64,000 bases of DNA from Gemmatimonadota bacterium (GCA_039588215.1 JBDHAD010000039.1:4320-68319); one strand, 5' to 3'. Positions 1 through 11,700 are shown, numbered from the stretch's first letter. The notes: generated from the letters alone by a model not told the origin. Numbers and translations: made by a program.

Positions 1-254
1 TTCATCACCAACGTGGGGTCAACTCCCTGGCCGAGAGGGCCACACCAGAACAGATGATAGTGTCCCGGCAAATGCCAGCAGTCGCTACCCGGCTCGCCCG
101 GACTCTCGGCGTACACGAACTGGTATTCCGCAGGCGGACCCTTCTTGCCGCCTTTCGCGAATACGGGATCCAGAGTGGGGGCGGTGAAGCCGTCCTGACA
201 AGAAACGGCCATGAGCGCCAGCAGCGGGGGTAAGATCAAGCGCCTCAAGCTCAT
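1..254 (-). CDS. Putative lipoprotein, 5' part only (runs off window; absent from ORF track)
   Basis: Manual translation from ATG 254: MSLRRLILPPLLALMAVSCQDGFTAPTLDPVFAKGGKKG..., open to position 1; lipobox-like AVS-C; GGAGG RBS at 261-265. Confidence 0.75.
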   Translation of the reverse strand, partial: MSLRRLILPPLLALMAVSCQDGFTAPTLDPVFAKGGKKGPPAEYQFVYAESPGEPGSDCWHLPGHYHLFWCGPLGQGVDPTLVM

Positions 255-323
255 AACTGGCCTCCAACCGATGAATACATGCGCGCGTGCTGCCCTGTCA
301 GCCGCGTTTCTGTGAAAAACGTA

Positions 324-575
324 GGGCGGACTCAGAGTCCTGGCGTGCCAACGGCAGTTGGACGTCTCGGCTCGGGGAACCCTCGGATAGTCGGAAACAA
401 CGCGGGCCAGAAAGGGTCTCCGACCCGTCGGAAGGCAACTCAAAGAAACTGCTGTCGGGTACATCGCACCCCTAACGAGACGAGCGGAGGTGCAGACTCG
501 CCTCATTGGCCATCCTGCGCCGCAATTCCCGCCGGACGCAAGTCGGGAGAAGGTCTACGCCGGGTGTAGGGGAAA
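324..575 (-). promoter_or_regulatory. Conserved upstream/leader motif pair, also found at 28183-28310
   Basis: 538-558 identical to 28273-28293 (21/21); 335-373 matches 28194-28232 (33/39); both precede lipoprotein genes on the minus strand. Confidence 0.65.
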
Positions 576-667
576 AACGCGTCTTTGCGGGTGCCCTCGC
601 GCCGTTTGCCGGTAGGGACACCGGTGCCCGGCGTGAAGGAGACCTTCCCGAAGATCAGGAGCAAACC

Positions 668-952
668 CTAGGCACCCTCGGCCTTGCGCAGGAACCTCCG
701 AGCCAGCTTCGCCATGCGCTCGTCCTCCTGCGCGAGCGCCTCATCCAGGATGCCACGCATGTGTGGGATGAGCTGCGGCTCACCCCACATGTAGCCGGTC
801 GCGAGCTCCGCGCTCCTCGTATTACCGAGGTTCGCTCCTTCGATGAGGGCCCAGGCCGCCGCCTTGTCGAAGTGAGAGGAGTCCCGTTCGGGCAGGCTGT
901 ATCGAGGCTCTTCCTCCTCGAACGCGTCCTCGTTGACGAACGCTCGCGACAT
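668..952 (-). CDS. Small hypothetical protein
   Basis: 94-aa ORF starting 1 nt after the epimerase stop; MSRAFVNED start resembles that of some GreA/GreB-like proteins. Confidence 0.65.
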   Translation of the reverse strand: MSRAFVNEDAFEEEEPRYSLPERDSSHFDKAAAWALIEGANLGNTRSAELATGYMWGEPQLIPHMRGILDEALAQEDERMAKLARRFLRKAEGA

Positions 953-953
953 A

Positions 954-2126
954 TTACAGCTGTCGCGCCTTCCAGTCCGCGATGATCTGCGCTTCCCGCT
1001 GCACGAGAGAGCGCGGATCCTCGAGGAGGCCTTGACGCCGTTCTTCGGTGACCGCGTCCGAGAACCACCACTCCAGCGTATCCATCGAGGTCAGGGCCAG
1101 GGGCCGGAACGTCAGCCCGCTCGCGACCGCGCGATCGATGTTGATGCGGGCCGAGCCCACGTAGTCTCCCACCGGCATGAGCCACGGGATCGCGTACTGG
1201 ACCTCGTGTGCCTCGAGGAAGTCGTAGTCGGGGACCATCACCCACGAGACGGCGGACGAGGTAGCCGCGTGTACTCCGTGCACGAACGCGTGCATGCCCA
1301 TAGGAGAGGCGGGCCCCGCGGCGTTGAAGGTCCCGGCGGTCCGGTTCTCGATCAGCCGGATCATCCACTCGGTCAGGTCTCGCACGTCTACGAGCTGGAC
1401 GCGGTCGTGTCCTTTGCCTGGGACGAGCACCTCGCCGCCCCGGTGGAGGCGCACGGGCCAATACGGGAAGCGGTTCGTCGGGTCGGCCGGCCCGATGATA
1501 TACGTGGGTCGAACGATGATGGCGCGGTCGTCCCCGAACGCGGCGCGCGCCTCGATCTCCGACAGCGACTTCATCACGCCGTACGTCGGTCTCCGGTCCT
1601 CCGCGACCTCGGGCGGGTCCTCCAGCACGAGCTGGGTGTCCTCCGTGAGGTCATCGCCCAGATACGGCAGGTACACGCCGGTGGACGACGTATAGACGTA
1701 AATCTCAACGCGATCCTTGAGTAACTGGGCCGTGTCCCGCGTCCACTCCACCCGCCTCCCCGAGTTGTCGATGACCGCGTCCCATGTCCTGCCTTCGAGA
1801 GCCGTTAGATCGTCGTTTCGGTCCCCGGTCAGGTGCTCGACCTCGCCGAACAGCTCCCGGTGTACGGTGGGCTGGGTCTGTCCCCGCGTGAAGATGCTGA
1901 TCGAGTGCCCGCGCTCGAGGGCATAGCGGATCTGGTGCGGCCCCAGGAACGTCGTTCCACCCAGGATCAGGATGTCGAGCGGATGTGCGGCCGCAGCCGG
2001 CGCGCCGGTCCCGTCGGGCGCGGGTCCAACCGGGGATGAGGCGCCTCCCCGCGCCGGAAAGGCGAAAGTCAGCGCGCCGCTCACCGCGGCGGCGTTCTTC
2101 AGGAAGTCGCGTCGGACCATCGACAT
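954..2126 (-). CDS. Tat-exported NAD-dependent epimerase/dehydratase family protein
   Basis: RRDFLK Tat motif; Rossmann ILGGTTFLG; YGVMK (YxxxK). Confidence 0.85.
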   Translation of the reverse strand: MSMVRRDFLKNAAAVSGALTFAFPARGGASSPVGPAPDGTGAPAAAAHPLDILILGGTTFLGPHQIRYALERGHSISIFTRGQTQPTVHRELFGEVEHLTGDRNDDLTALEGRTWDAVIDNSGRRVEWTRDTAQLLKDRVEIYVYTSSTGVYLPYLGDDLTEDTQLVLEDPPEVAEDRRPTYGVMKSLSEIEARAAFGDDRAIIVRPTYIIGPADPTNRFPYWPVRLHRGGEVLVPGKGHDRVQLVDVRDLTEWMIRLIENRTAGTFNAAGPASPMGMHAFVHGVHAATSSAVSWVMVPDYDFLEAHEVQYAIPWLMPVGDYVGSARINIDRAVASGLTFRPLALTSMDTLEWWFSDAVTEERRQGLLEDPRSLVQREAQIIADWKARQL

Positions 2127-2303
2127 GGGATTCCTCTCGAGCTCGTTCTCGGTGGAGGAGCGTCCTGCATCAGCGTGAAGGTGGAACGGGGACGCCGACG
2201 ACGGTAGGGTCTCGTTTCCCGCCGCCCCGCGCGTCTAGTTTGGGGAAGACCGAACGGATTCATGGAGCCGCACCGCGTGGAGCCCTGCTTGGTGGAGTCC
2301 TGC

Positions 2304-3272
2304 ATGGCGGAGGACCCTTTCCTGGAACCCGAGATCGAGAACCCGATCGCACGGTTCATCACCCGTCAGGGATTCCTGCTGCTTGACGGTGGGCTGGCTA
2401 CGGCCCTCGAGGCCCGCGGTTGCGACCTCGACGACGACCTGTGGTCGGCCAAGATCCTCCTGGAAGCGCCGGAGGTGATCCGGCAGGTCCACCGCGACTT
2501 TTTGGTGGCTGGCGCCGATTGCATCGCCACGACCACATATCAGGCCACCATCCCGGGCTTCCGGAAGCGCGGCCTGACGGAACGCGAAAGCGTGGAGCTG
2601 TTCCGCCAATCGGTTCGCTTGGCGGTCGAAGCCCGGGACGAGTTCTGGAGCGAGCCCGGGAACCGCGCCGGTCGGCTCCGGCCCTTGGTCGCGGCCAGCA
2701 TCGGACCCTACGGCGCGTACTTGGCCGACGGGTCCGAGTACACGGGCGACTACCACCTCGGCACCGACGAGCTGTACGCGTTTCACCGGGACCGGTGGGG
2801 CGTGCTTGCACAAAGCGAGGCGGATCTCATCGCCTGCGAGACCATCCCCTCGCGATCGGAGGCTGGTGTGCTGCTGCGGCTGCTGGGTGAGACGCCCGGC
2901 AGGTGGGCCTGGATCAGCTTCAGTTGCCGGGACGGGACCCACGTGAGCGACGGGGGCGACCTGTCCGACGCGGCGCGCGACTGCGATGCCGAGCCGCGGG
3001 TCGCGGGCGTGGGCATCAACTGCACCTCACCGGTCTTGATCTCCTCGCTCATCCGCGAAGCCCGCTCGGGGACGGACAAACCCGTGATCGCCTATCCCAA
3101 TTCCGGCGAGGGATACGACGCGGCGACGAAGTCCTGGTTGGGGGCGCCCGCGGCTGACGACTGGGGACGGATGTGTCTGCAATGGGCCGACGGGGGTGCC
3201 TCGGTTGTGGGCGGGTGCTGTCGGGTGGGGCCCGAGCAGATCGCCCTGATGCGTCGGGCGCTGGCGGCCTGA
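2304..3272 (+). CDS. mmuM: Homocysteine S-methyltransferase
   Basis: LLDGGLATALE, SIGPYGA, GSEYTGDY, GINC, YPNSGE, GGCCR motifs; ATG 2304 preferred to ORF start 2262. Confidence 0.9.
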   Translation: MAEDPFLEPEIENPIARFITRQGFLLLDGGLATALEARGCDLDDDLWSAKILLEAPEVIRQVHRDFLVAGADCIATTTYQATIPGFRKRGLTERESVELFRQSVRLAVEARDEFWSEPGNRAGRLRPLVAASIGPYGAYLADGSEYTGDYHLGTDELYAFHRDRWGVLAQSEADLIACETIPSRSEAGVLLRLLGETPGRWAWISFSCRDGTHVSDGGDLSDAARDCDAEPRVAGVGINCTSPVLISSLIREARSGTDKPVIAYPNSGEGYDAATKSWLGAPAADDWGRMCLQWADGGASVVGGCCRVGPEQIALMRRALAA

Positions 3273-3397
3273 CAGGCAGCGTAGGCCGGGGCGGGTGGTT
3301 GCGGCTCCACACGGGCGGTACCTAACCTCTTTTGGGAGTCCCGCGTTACCTGGTCTGAATGTCCGTTGTGTCGGATCCCGATCGCCACCGTCGTGCC

Positions 3398-6187
3398 ATG
3401 GATGATATTCTCGAACGTATCCGTAGGGCGCTCGCGCAGAGCTACGACATCGAGCGGGAAATCGCCGCCGGCGGAATGGCCCAGGTGTTCCTCGCCCGGG
3501 ATCTGAAGCACGATCGCGCGGTCGCGATAAAGGTCTTCAATCCGACGTTCTCCGCGGCACTCGGGTCCGAGCGTTTCCTGCGAGAAATCTCCATCGCGGC
3601 CCGATTCAGTCACCCGCACATCCTGCCCCTGCACGACTCGGGCGAGGCCGACGGTCTTCTCTATTACGTGATGCCGTATGTGGAAGGCGAATCCCTGAAA
3701 CAGCGGTTGGATCGCGAAAAGCCGCTCTCGGTGCAGGAGGCGGTCAAGATCGCCTCACAGGTCGCCCACGCCCTGGATTACGCGCACTCCCATGACGTGG
3801 TGCACCGAGACATCAAGCCGGCCAACATCCTTATCTCGAGCGGCGAAGCCGTAGTGGCGGACTTCGGCATAGCCCGGGCGATCGATGCGGCGAGCGATGT
3901 CCGCCTCACCGCCGCCGGGACGTCCACCGGGACGCCCTGGTACATGAGCCCGGAGCAAGCCGCAGGAAACGACGATGTCGACGGGCGGAGCGACATCTAC
4001 GCGCTCGGCTGCGTCCTGTACGAGATGCTCGCGGGGACGCCTCCCTTCGCGGGCACCGAGGCGCAAAAGGTCATCATGCGCCAGATCTCCGAGGCGCCAC
4101 GGCCGATCCGCCAGATCCGTGAGGTGGTTCCGGAGAGTGTCGAGCGCGCGCTCCTGTGCGCGCTGGCGAAGCTGCCCGCGGATCGTTTCCCGGCAGCGGG
4201 GGAGTTCGCGCGTGCCTTGGAGCCCTCTGGTGGAGTACCTGGCTACGAGCATGTGGCACTCAAGCCCCCGGTTTCCCGGCGAGGCCGACTGAGCCGGGCG
4301 GCTGCCGTGCTGATTCCCGTCGCGCTGGCGGCGGGTTTCTTCCTGACACGCTCATCGGAAGGGCTGGGGTTCGCGGAGCGGGACTGGATCCTCATCTCCG
4401 ACCTCGAGAACAGCACCGGCGAAGAGGTCTTCGATCGGTCGCTCAACACGGCGCTCACGGTAGCCGTGGACCAGTCGCGGTACGTGAACGTGTATCCGAG
4501 ATCGAGAGTCGAGGAGACGCTGAGGCGCATGGGTCGCGACAGCGTGCCCGCCCTCGATGAGGCGCTGGCCCGCGAGGTCGCGGTGAGGGAGAACCTGAAG
4601 GCGGTTCTGGTCTTCGATATCTCACGGCTGGAGGAGACGTACCTCCTGAGCACCCGGGTGCTCGCTCCGGAGAGCGGAGTGGCGGTGCACTCCGAGACCG
4701 TGCAGGTGGATGGCAAGGCCGGTGTGCTCGAGGGGGTCGACGACCTCGCCCGGCGCCTCCGGGCGAACCTCGGGGAGTCGCTCTCCGCGATTCAAGAGCG
4801 GTCTATTCCATTGCCTCAGGCTACGACGTCATCCCTCGAGGCGCTCAAGAACTACGTCGACGGCTCGGTGGCATGGAGCGAGAGCCGGTGGGAGGAAGCT
4901 CGGTCTCTGTGGCAGGAAGCTGTAACCGAAGATTCCATGTTCGCGTGGGCGCACGCCTCTCTGGGAATGGCGGCGAACTGGCTGAACGGATTCGGTAGCG
5001 GGCAACCGCATTTCGAGCGTGCCCTGGGGTTGCTCGACAGGGTGACGGAGAAGGAGCGCCTGTGGATTCGCTCGCTCATCGAGGACGGGGAGCCGATGGT
5101 GGAGACGCTGCGCATCTATACCCAACTCTTCCCCGATGACCGGGACGCATGGTACAACCTCGGAAACGGACTGCGCAGTCTGCTCCGGCACCAGGAGGCT
5201 TTGGACGCATACGCCCGGGCGCTCGAGATCGACTCGCTCATGTCGTGGGCGCACGTCAATAGCGCGATGGCTTACGATGCCGTCGGCCGATACGTGGACG
5301 CGGCCCGCTCCTTCGAGAGGGCGTTCGAGTTGGATCCCCCGCAACGCACGCAAACCCGAGGCGATCTGAATCGCATCTCCGGCTTCGTGCAGGTCAAGAC
5401 CGGGGACACCGCGGCCGCACGTGAGACCTTCGAGCTGCTGTTGCCCGCCAGCGCCGATGAGCGGGCGAACGGCCTGCGCTCCCTCGCGCTTCTGGACATG
5501 TACGGGGGGCACCTGGCCTCCGCGGTGGAGCATCTGGAGGAGGCCGTGGCGCTGACCGAGACGACTGGCTCCCGGTTGAGCGAGTACCGAAACCGGCTTT
5601 ACCTGGCCTCCGTCTTCTCGGCTAAGGGCCTGCTCGCCGAGGCTGCGAGGGAAAGGGGCATCGCGGAGACGATCGGACGAGAGCTCGGCGCGGCCCCGTT
5701 CTGGCTGGCCATTCTGGCGAAGCAGTACGCTCGGAGTGGCGATCTGGAACGTGCGGCGGCGGTTCAGGACCTGATCGAGACACGAGCGGCAAGCGGCGAC
5801 CAGGAGCGCTCGCTCATCGAGCACATCCGGGGTGAGATCGCCCTGGCCCGCGGTCAACATGACGAGGCGGAGACGGCCCTCGAGACGGCCTACGGTCTTT
5901 GGCGAAGCGCAGATGGTCTCGAGTCACTGGCCTACAGTCATGCAACGAGCGGACGCTTCGAGGCAGCAAGGGACGCATACGAAGAGCTCCTCGAGGACAT
6001 GCCATTGGGGCGGGAGGCCCAGGCCTACTGGATCCCCGCACACTATCACCTGGGGCTCGTCCTCGTTGAGCTCGGGGAGCGGGAACGGGCAGCGGCGCTC
6101 TATCGTCGCTTCCTCGAGCTTTGGGGCGATGGCGACGACGATATCCCTCTGGTACGTGAAGCCACCGCCCGCCTCGCCGATCGGTGA
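3398..6187 (+). CDS. Ser/Thr protein kinase with TM segment and TPR repeats
   Basis: VAIK, HRDIKPAN, DFG, GTPWYMSPE, DIYALG; hydrophobic segment then TPR-like helical repeats. Confidence 0.9.
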   Translation: MDDILERIRRALAQSYDIEREIAAGGMAQVFLARDLKHDRAVAIKVFNPTFSAALGSERFLREISIAARFSHPHILPLHDSGEADGLLYYVMPYVEGESLKQRLDREKPLSVQEAVKIASQVAHALDYAHSHDVVHRDIKPANILISSGEAVVADFGIARAIDAASDVRLTAAGTSTGTPWYMSPEQAAGNDDVDGRSDIYALGCVLYEMLAGTPPFAGTEAQKVIMRQISEAPRPIRQIREVVPESVERALLCALAKLPADRFPAAGEFARALEPSGGVPGYEHVALKPPVSRRGRLSRAAAVLIPVALAAGFFLTRSSEGLGFAERDWILISDLENSTGEEVFDRSLNTALTVAVDQSRYVNVYPRSRVEETLRRMGRDSVPALDEALAREVAVRENLKAVLVFDISRLEETYLLSTRVLAPESGVAVHSETVQVDGKAGVLEGVDDLARRLRANLGESLSAIQERSIPLPQATTSSLEALKNYVDGSVAWSESRWEEARSLWQEAVTEDSMFAWAHASLGMAANWLNGFGSGQPHFERALGLLDRVTEKERLWIRSLIEDGEPMVETLRIYTQLFPDDRDAWYNLGNGLRSLLRHQEALDAYARALEIDSLMSWAHVNSAMAYDAVGRYVDAARSFERAFELDPPQRTQTRGDLNRISGFVQVKTGDTAAARETFELLLPASADERANGLRSLALLDMYGGHLASAVEHLEEAVALTETTGSRLSEYRNRLYLASVFSAKGLLAEAARERGIAETIGRELGAAPFWLAILAKQYARSGDLERAAAVQDLIETRAASGDQERSLIEHIRGEIALARGQHDEAETALETAYGLWRSADGLESLAYSHATSGRFEAARDAYEELLEDMPLGREAQAYWIPAHYHLGLVLVELGERERAAALYRRFLELWGDGDDDIPLVREATARLADR

Positions 6188-8673
6188 CTGGCGTGAAGCG
6201 ATTCAGCGCAATGGGTTCGTTTGCGCGCGGCCCGCGTCCACTCCGAAGCCTTTGGGTCCTCCTACCGGTCCTCGGTCTCGCCCTCCCGCTGGCCGCCGGT
6301 GCAGCCGCCCAAACGACCGAGCTCACGACTCCCGGGCTCACCGAGCCGGTCGAGATCATCGTCGACCGCTGGGGCATCTCCCACATCTACGCGGAGACCG
6401 AACCCGATCTGTTCTTCGCGCAGGGCTGGAATGCGGCCCGGGACAGGCTGTTCCAGCTCGAGCTGTGGCGCCGGCAGGCGACCGGCACCGTGGCCGAGAT
6501 CCTCGGGCCGCGAGAGCTGCAGCGAGACGTGGGGACGCGGCTGTTCATGTTTCGCCGCGATCTGGACGAGGAGCTGTCGCACTACCACGCCAGGGGGCGG
6601 GAGATCATCGAAGCCTTCGTGCGGGGAATCAACGCCTATATCGCCGAGACCGAGCGAGACCCTTCGCTCCTGACGGTGGAGTTCGAGCTCCTGGGCATCC
6701 AACCGGGCCGCTGGACGCCCGAGGTCGTGATCTCGCGGCACCAGGGGCTCCTGGGCAACATCGGGTCGGAGCTGGATTACGGCCGCGTCGTGAGCCTGAT
6801 CGGAGACGAACGACTCGAAGCGGTCTCGACGTTCGGCCCGGGCGATCCCGACCTGGGGCTGGAGCCGGCGATCGATGGGTCGCTGCTCTTCGATGACATC
6901 CTTGCCGTATACGACGCTTTCCGGGGTCCGGTGCGCTTCCTCCCGGAGGACATCGCCGAAGAGCACCGGGCCTCGCGCGACGCGTTCGAGCGGCTCGAGG
7001 CCGCCGCGACCCTGGCTTCGGTCGCCCCCGCCTGGGATCCGCGACAGGATGTCGGCAGCAACAACTGGGTCGTGAGCGGCCGGCTCACCGAGAGTGGCTA
7101 CGCGATGATGGCCAACGACCCCCACCGGGCGCAGGCCGCCCCCTCGCTGCGCTACTGGGTGCACCTCGTGGGGCCCGGCTGGAACGTGATCGGGGGTGGC
7201 GAGCCCAGCCTGCCCGGCATCTCGATCGGTCATAACGAGTACGGCGCCTGGGGTCTGACGGTCTTCCAGACCGACGGCGAGGACCTGTACGTGTACGAGA
7301 CCGACCCGGCCGACCCGAACCGTTATCGCTACGGGAACGGCTGGGAACGGATGACGGTGATCCGGGACACGATCAGGGTGAAGGGGCAGGAGCCCCACGC
7401 CGCCGAGCTCAAGTACACGCGCCACGGGCCGGTCGTATACGAGGACCCCGAGGCCCGGAAAGCGTACGCGGTGCGGGCCGCGTGGATGGAGATCGGCGGG
7501 GCCCCATATCTGGCCAGCCTTCGGATGGACCAGGCTCGATCGTGGGAGGAGTTCCGCGACGCCTGCAACTACAGCCATATCCCGGGCGAGAACATGGTGT
7601 GGGCGGATCGTGAGGGTAACATCGGCTGGCAGGCGGTGGGAATCGCACCGATCCGGAGGAACTGGAGCGGACTCATCCCGGTCCCCGGGGATCGCCGCTA
7701 CGAGTGGGACGGGTACCTGCCGATCGTGGACAAGCCGCACGTCTACAACCCGCCCGAAGGCTATTTCGCGACGGCCAACAACGACCTCATCCCGCGCGGC
7801 TACCCGCACATGGACGCGATCGGGTTCAGCTGGTCGGCTCCCTTCCGCTGGTCCCGGATCAACGAGGTGCTGGGAAGCGGGCGAAAGCACTCGTTGGTTG
7901 ACATGATGCGGCTCCAGACCGATGAGCTGTCGCTCCCGGCCCGCAGACTCGTGCCGCTACTGCGCGACATCGAGCTTGACCGTCTCGCGCGTCCAGGGGT
8001 CGAGGAGGCTCGCCGCCGGCTGCTCGAGTGGGACTTCGTCCTCGACCGGCGATCCGTAGCCGCAGGAATCTACGCGGCGTGGGAGGGACGGCTCCGGAGC
8101 GCGATCCGAGAGCTGATGGTGCCGGAGGAGACGCGTCGTTACCTGCGGGGCGTGTCGATGACGCGCCTGATCGACTGGCTCACGGTTCCACCGGCCGAAT
8201 TCGGACCCGATCCCATCGCGACCCGGGACGCGCTCCTGCGGACCGCGCTCGAGGGGGCAATCGCCGATCTGACCGAGAAGCTCGGTCCCGAGATGGCCGG
8301 GTGGCAGTACGGCCAGGAGGCGTACAAGCATGCGCTCCTCCGGCACCCGTTGGGTCGGGCGGTGGACGATGCTACGCGCCGCCGCTTGGAGGTGGGTCCC
8401 GCCCCTCGGGGAGGGTATGGGCTCACGGTGAACAACACCGGTAACGGGGACAACCAGACGAGTGGCGCCTCCTTCCGGATCATCGTGGACACACAGGATT
8501 GGGATCGGGCGGTCGGGATGAACGCCCCGGGGCAGGGGGGAGACCCGGACAGCCCTCACTACCGCGATCTCTTCGGGCAATGGGCCCGAAACGAGTTCCA
8601 CCCGATCGTGTACTCGCGCGGTCGCGTCGAGGCAGCCGCGGACCAGACCCTGAGGTTGGTGCCGCGGCAGTAG
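6184..8673 (+). CDS. Penicillin acylase family (Ntn hydrolase)
   Basis: DRWGISHIYA, GSNNW, ANDPH, TRHGPV motifs; signal peptide; GTGA overlap with kinase stop. Confidence 0.9.
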   Translation: MTGVKRFSAMGSFARGPRPLRSLWVLLPVLGLALPLAAGAAAQTTELTTPGLTEPVEIIVDRWGISHIYAETEPDLFFAQGWNAARDRLFQLELWRRQATGTVAEILGPRELQRDVGTRLFMFRRDLDEELSHYHARGREIIEAFVRGINAYIAETERDPSLLTVEFELLGIQPGRWTPEVVISRHQGLLGNIGSELDYGRVVSLIGDERLEAVSTFGPGDPDLGLEPAIDGSLLFDDILAVYDAFRGPVRFLPEDIAEEHRASRDAFERLEAAATLASVAPAWDPRQDVGSNNWVVSGRLTESGYAMMANDPHRAQAAPSLRYWVHLVGPGWNVIGGGEPSLPGISIGHNEYGAWGLTVFQTDGEDLYVYETDPADPNRYRYGNGWERMTVIRDTIRVKGQEPHAAELKYTRHGPVVYEDPEARKAYAVRAAWMEIGGAPYLASLRMDQARSWEEFRDACNYSHIPGENMVWADREGNIGWQAVGIAPIRRNWSGLIPVPGDRRYEWDGYLPIVDKPHVYNPPEGYFATANNDLIPRGYPHMDAIGFSWSAPFRWSRINEVLGSGRKHSLVDMMRLQTDELSLPARRLVPLLRDIELDRLARPGVEEARRRLLEWDFVLDRRSVAAGIYAAWEGRLRSAIRELMVPEETRRYLRGVSMTRLIDWLTVPPAEFGPDPIATRDALLRTALEGAIADLTEKLGPEMAGWQYGQEAYKHALLRHPLGRAVDDATRRRLEVGPAPRGGYGLTVNNTGNGDNQTSGASFRIIVDTQDWDRAVGMNAPGQGGDPDSPHYRDLFGQWARNEFHPIVYSRGRVEAAADQTLRLVPRQ

Positions 8674-8789
8674 CCATCGGATCTTGACCCACCGGCTCCG
8701 GACCGTCTTGCGTGGGCTCTGGCCCGTTCTCGTCAGCCATCCCACCTTCTGAGGATCGTAGTCCCCCCCAGCCACAGGAGGGAAGCCAC

Positions 8790-11700
8790 ATGTCCGGTCA
8801 TCGCCGCATCACTGCCGCGCTCTCGTCCGTATTCGCGTCCGGATTCGCGCTGACGCTGATCGTCGCGCCGTCGGTCGCGCAGCAGATCTCACCCGAACGC
8901 TACGAGCAGCTCCACTTTCGCCACATCGGGCCCGTGGGGAACCGCGCGGCCTCGATAGCGGGGGTCCCCGGTGACCGCATGGTCTATTACGCGGGCGCCG
9001 CCAGCGGTGGGGTGTGGAAGACGGAAGATGCCGGGCTCCACTGGAGGCCCGTGTTCGACGACCAGCCCGTCCACGCGATCGGAGCCCTGGCGGTGACCCC
9101 ATCGGACCCCGCGATCGTGTGGGCCGGGACGGGCGAAACCTCGATTCGCTCGAACGTCTCGATCGGGAACGGCATCTGGAAGTCGACCGACGCCGGCGAG
9201 ACCTGGCGACACATGGGCCTGGAGGGCACGGGCCGGATCGGCCGGATCGTCGTCCACCCGCTGAACCCCGACATCGTGTACGCAGCCGCGCTCGGACACG
9301 CGTACGCCCCGCAACAGGAGAGGGGCGTGTATCGGACGACCGATGGCGGCACGACATGGGAGCGCGTGCTGTTCGTGGACGAGAACACGGGCGCGTACGA
9401 GATCGCCATGGACCCGTCCAACTCTCGCAAGCTGTTCGCGACGATGTGGCAGATCGATCTCAAGACCTGGGGTCGGGAGAGCGGTGGGCCCGGAAGCGGG
9501 ATCTTCGTCACGGGCGATGCCGGCGACACGTGGACGCGTCTCGAGGGCCATGGGCTTCCGACGAGGCCGGTGGGGAAGATCGCGGTGTGTATGTCGGCGG
9601 ACGACTCGCGACGCGTGTACGGGCTGATCGAGACGGGTGACGGCGTCCCGATCCATGGGGAGGAGACGGACACCGGCGAGCTGTGGCGATCCGAGGACGG
9701 GGGAGAGAGTTGGCGGCTCGTTTCGTACCACCACGATCTCGCGACCCGGCAGGCGTACTACACCCGTTGCGCGGTCTCGCCAGACGATCGGGACGAGGTC
9801 TACTTCGCCTCGTCGAGCTTCAGCTGGAGCCTGAACGGGGGTGAGACGCATACGACGACGAACTTTCTCCGCGACAAATCCTCGCCGGGGTGGGATCTCC
9901 ATGACATCTGGATCGACCCCACCGATGGCGACCGGATCGTGATGGCGTTCGACGGGGGCGTCACGCTCACCGAGAACCGGGGGGACTCCTGGTTCCGGAT
10001 GCAGCTACCGATCGCGCAGATGTACCACGTGACGGCCGACAACGCCGTGCCGTACAACGTGCTCGGGAATCGTCAGGATGGCCCCTCCTTCCGGGGCCCC
10101 TCGAACACCCGCACCGGTGGCTTGTGGGCGCGCGGTATCATCCCGCGCGGCGATTGGCGTGCGGTGGGCGGGGGCGAGAGTGGCTTCGCGACCCCCGACC
10201 CGACGGATCCGAACATCGTATGGTCCAGCGCATCGGGGTCGGGCGCGCGCGGGGGGATCGTGGTGCGGCACAACGTCGCTGCGGGACAGTTCCGAAATGT
10301 GGAAGTGTGGCCGATGTCGACCGGGGGCTGGCCGGCGGAAGGCATCCGCTACCGCTTCCAGTGGACGTTCCCGCTCCTCATCTCGCCGCACGACCGTAAC
10401 ACCATCTACGTGACGAGCCAGCACGTCCACCGGACCACCAACGGAGGACAGAGCTGGGACGTGATCAGCCCCGATCTGACGACGAACGACAAGTCGAAGC
10501 AGGGCATCTCGGGCGGGCTCACGCCCGACAACATCGGGGTGGAATACTGCTGCGTGATCTACGCGTTCGACGAATCGCCGGTCGAGCAGGGCGTCCTGTG
10601 GGCCGGCTCCAACGACGGGCTCGTGCACGTGAGCCGCGACGGCGGCGACAGCTGGGACAACGTCACGATGAACATCCCGAACCTCCCACCCGACGGTGTG
10701 GTGCGAAGCATCGACGCCTCGAAGTGGAGCGCCGGGAAGGCCTACCTCACGATCGAACACCACCAGGTCGGCGACTTCGAAGCGCGGGCCTACAAGACCG
10801 AAGACTTCGGCGAGACGTGGACGCAGATCACGAGCGGTGTGGATGACGGCCCGCTCTCCTATACACGGCACCTGCTCGAGGACCCGGTCAGACCCGGACT
10901 CCTCTACCTGGGTACCGAGGGCTCCCTGTACGTGTCGTTCGACGATGGGGCCAACTGGCAGCCGTTCATGAACAACATGCCGCACACGCCCTACTACGGG
11001 CTCTTCGTGCAGGAGCACTTCAACGACCTGGTCGTCGGCACGTACGGACGGGGGTATTGGATCCTCGACGACCTGAGCGCCATCCAGCAACTGACGAGCG
11101 ACGTGGCCGCTTCCTCCGCCCACCTGTTCGAGCCCAGGGACGCGTACCGCTTCCGGCCCACGACGGAACCCATGATCATGTTCGAGGACTGGACCCACGG
11201 CGAGAATCCGCCCAACGGAGCCTCGATCAATTACTGGCTCGGGTCGACCCCCGAGGGAGACGTGAAGATCCGGATCGAGAATGCGGCCGGCGAGACCGTG
11301 CGGGTGCTCGACGGGACGAAGCACGCCGGGATCAACCGCCTGTGGTGGAACTTCCGGGGCGAGCCGGGCACGCAGATCAAGCTCCGGACGAAGCCTCTGT
11401 ATGCGGACTGGTATCCGATGCCCGATCAGGGTTGGCGCCCCGGAGGTGGGGGAGGGTTCCTCGGAGGCGGGACGGCGGTGCTCCAGCCACCCGGCACGTA
11501 CACGGTGACACTCACCGTTGACGGGAACGAGGTGGGCAGCCAAGCGCTCACCGTGCTCAAGGACCCGAACTCGGAGGGCAGCCAGGCCGACATCCAGGCG
11601 CAGACCGCGCTGGTGGAGGAGATCGTGGACGACCTCGACTCCGCCGCGGAGTTGGTGAACCGGATCGAGCTCATCCGCCGGCAGATGTACGATCTGAAAC

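Noticed and set aside
85-267. 60-aa ORF from the track
   Set aside because: An overlapping frame (ATG 254) gives a clear lipoprotein with an RBS.
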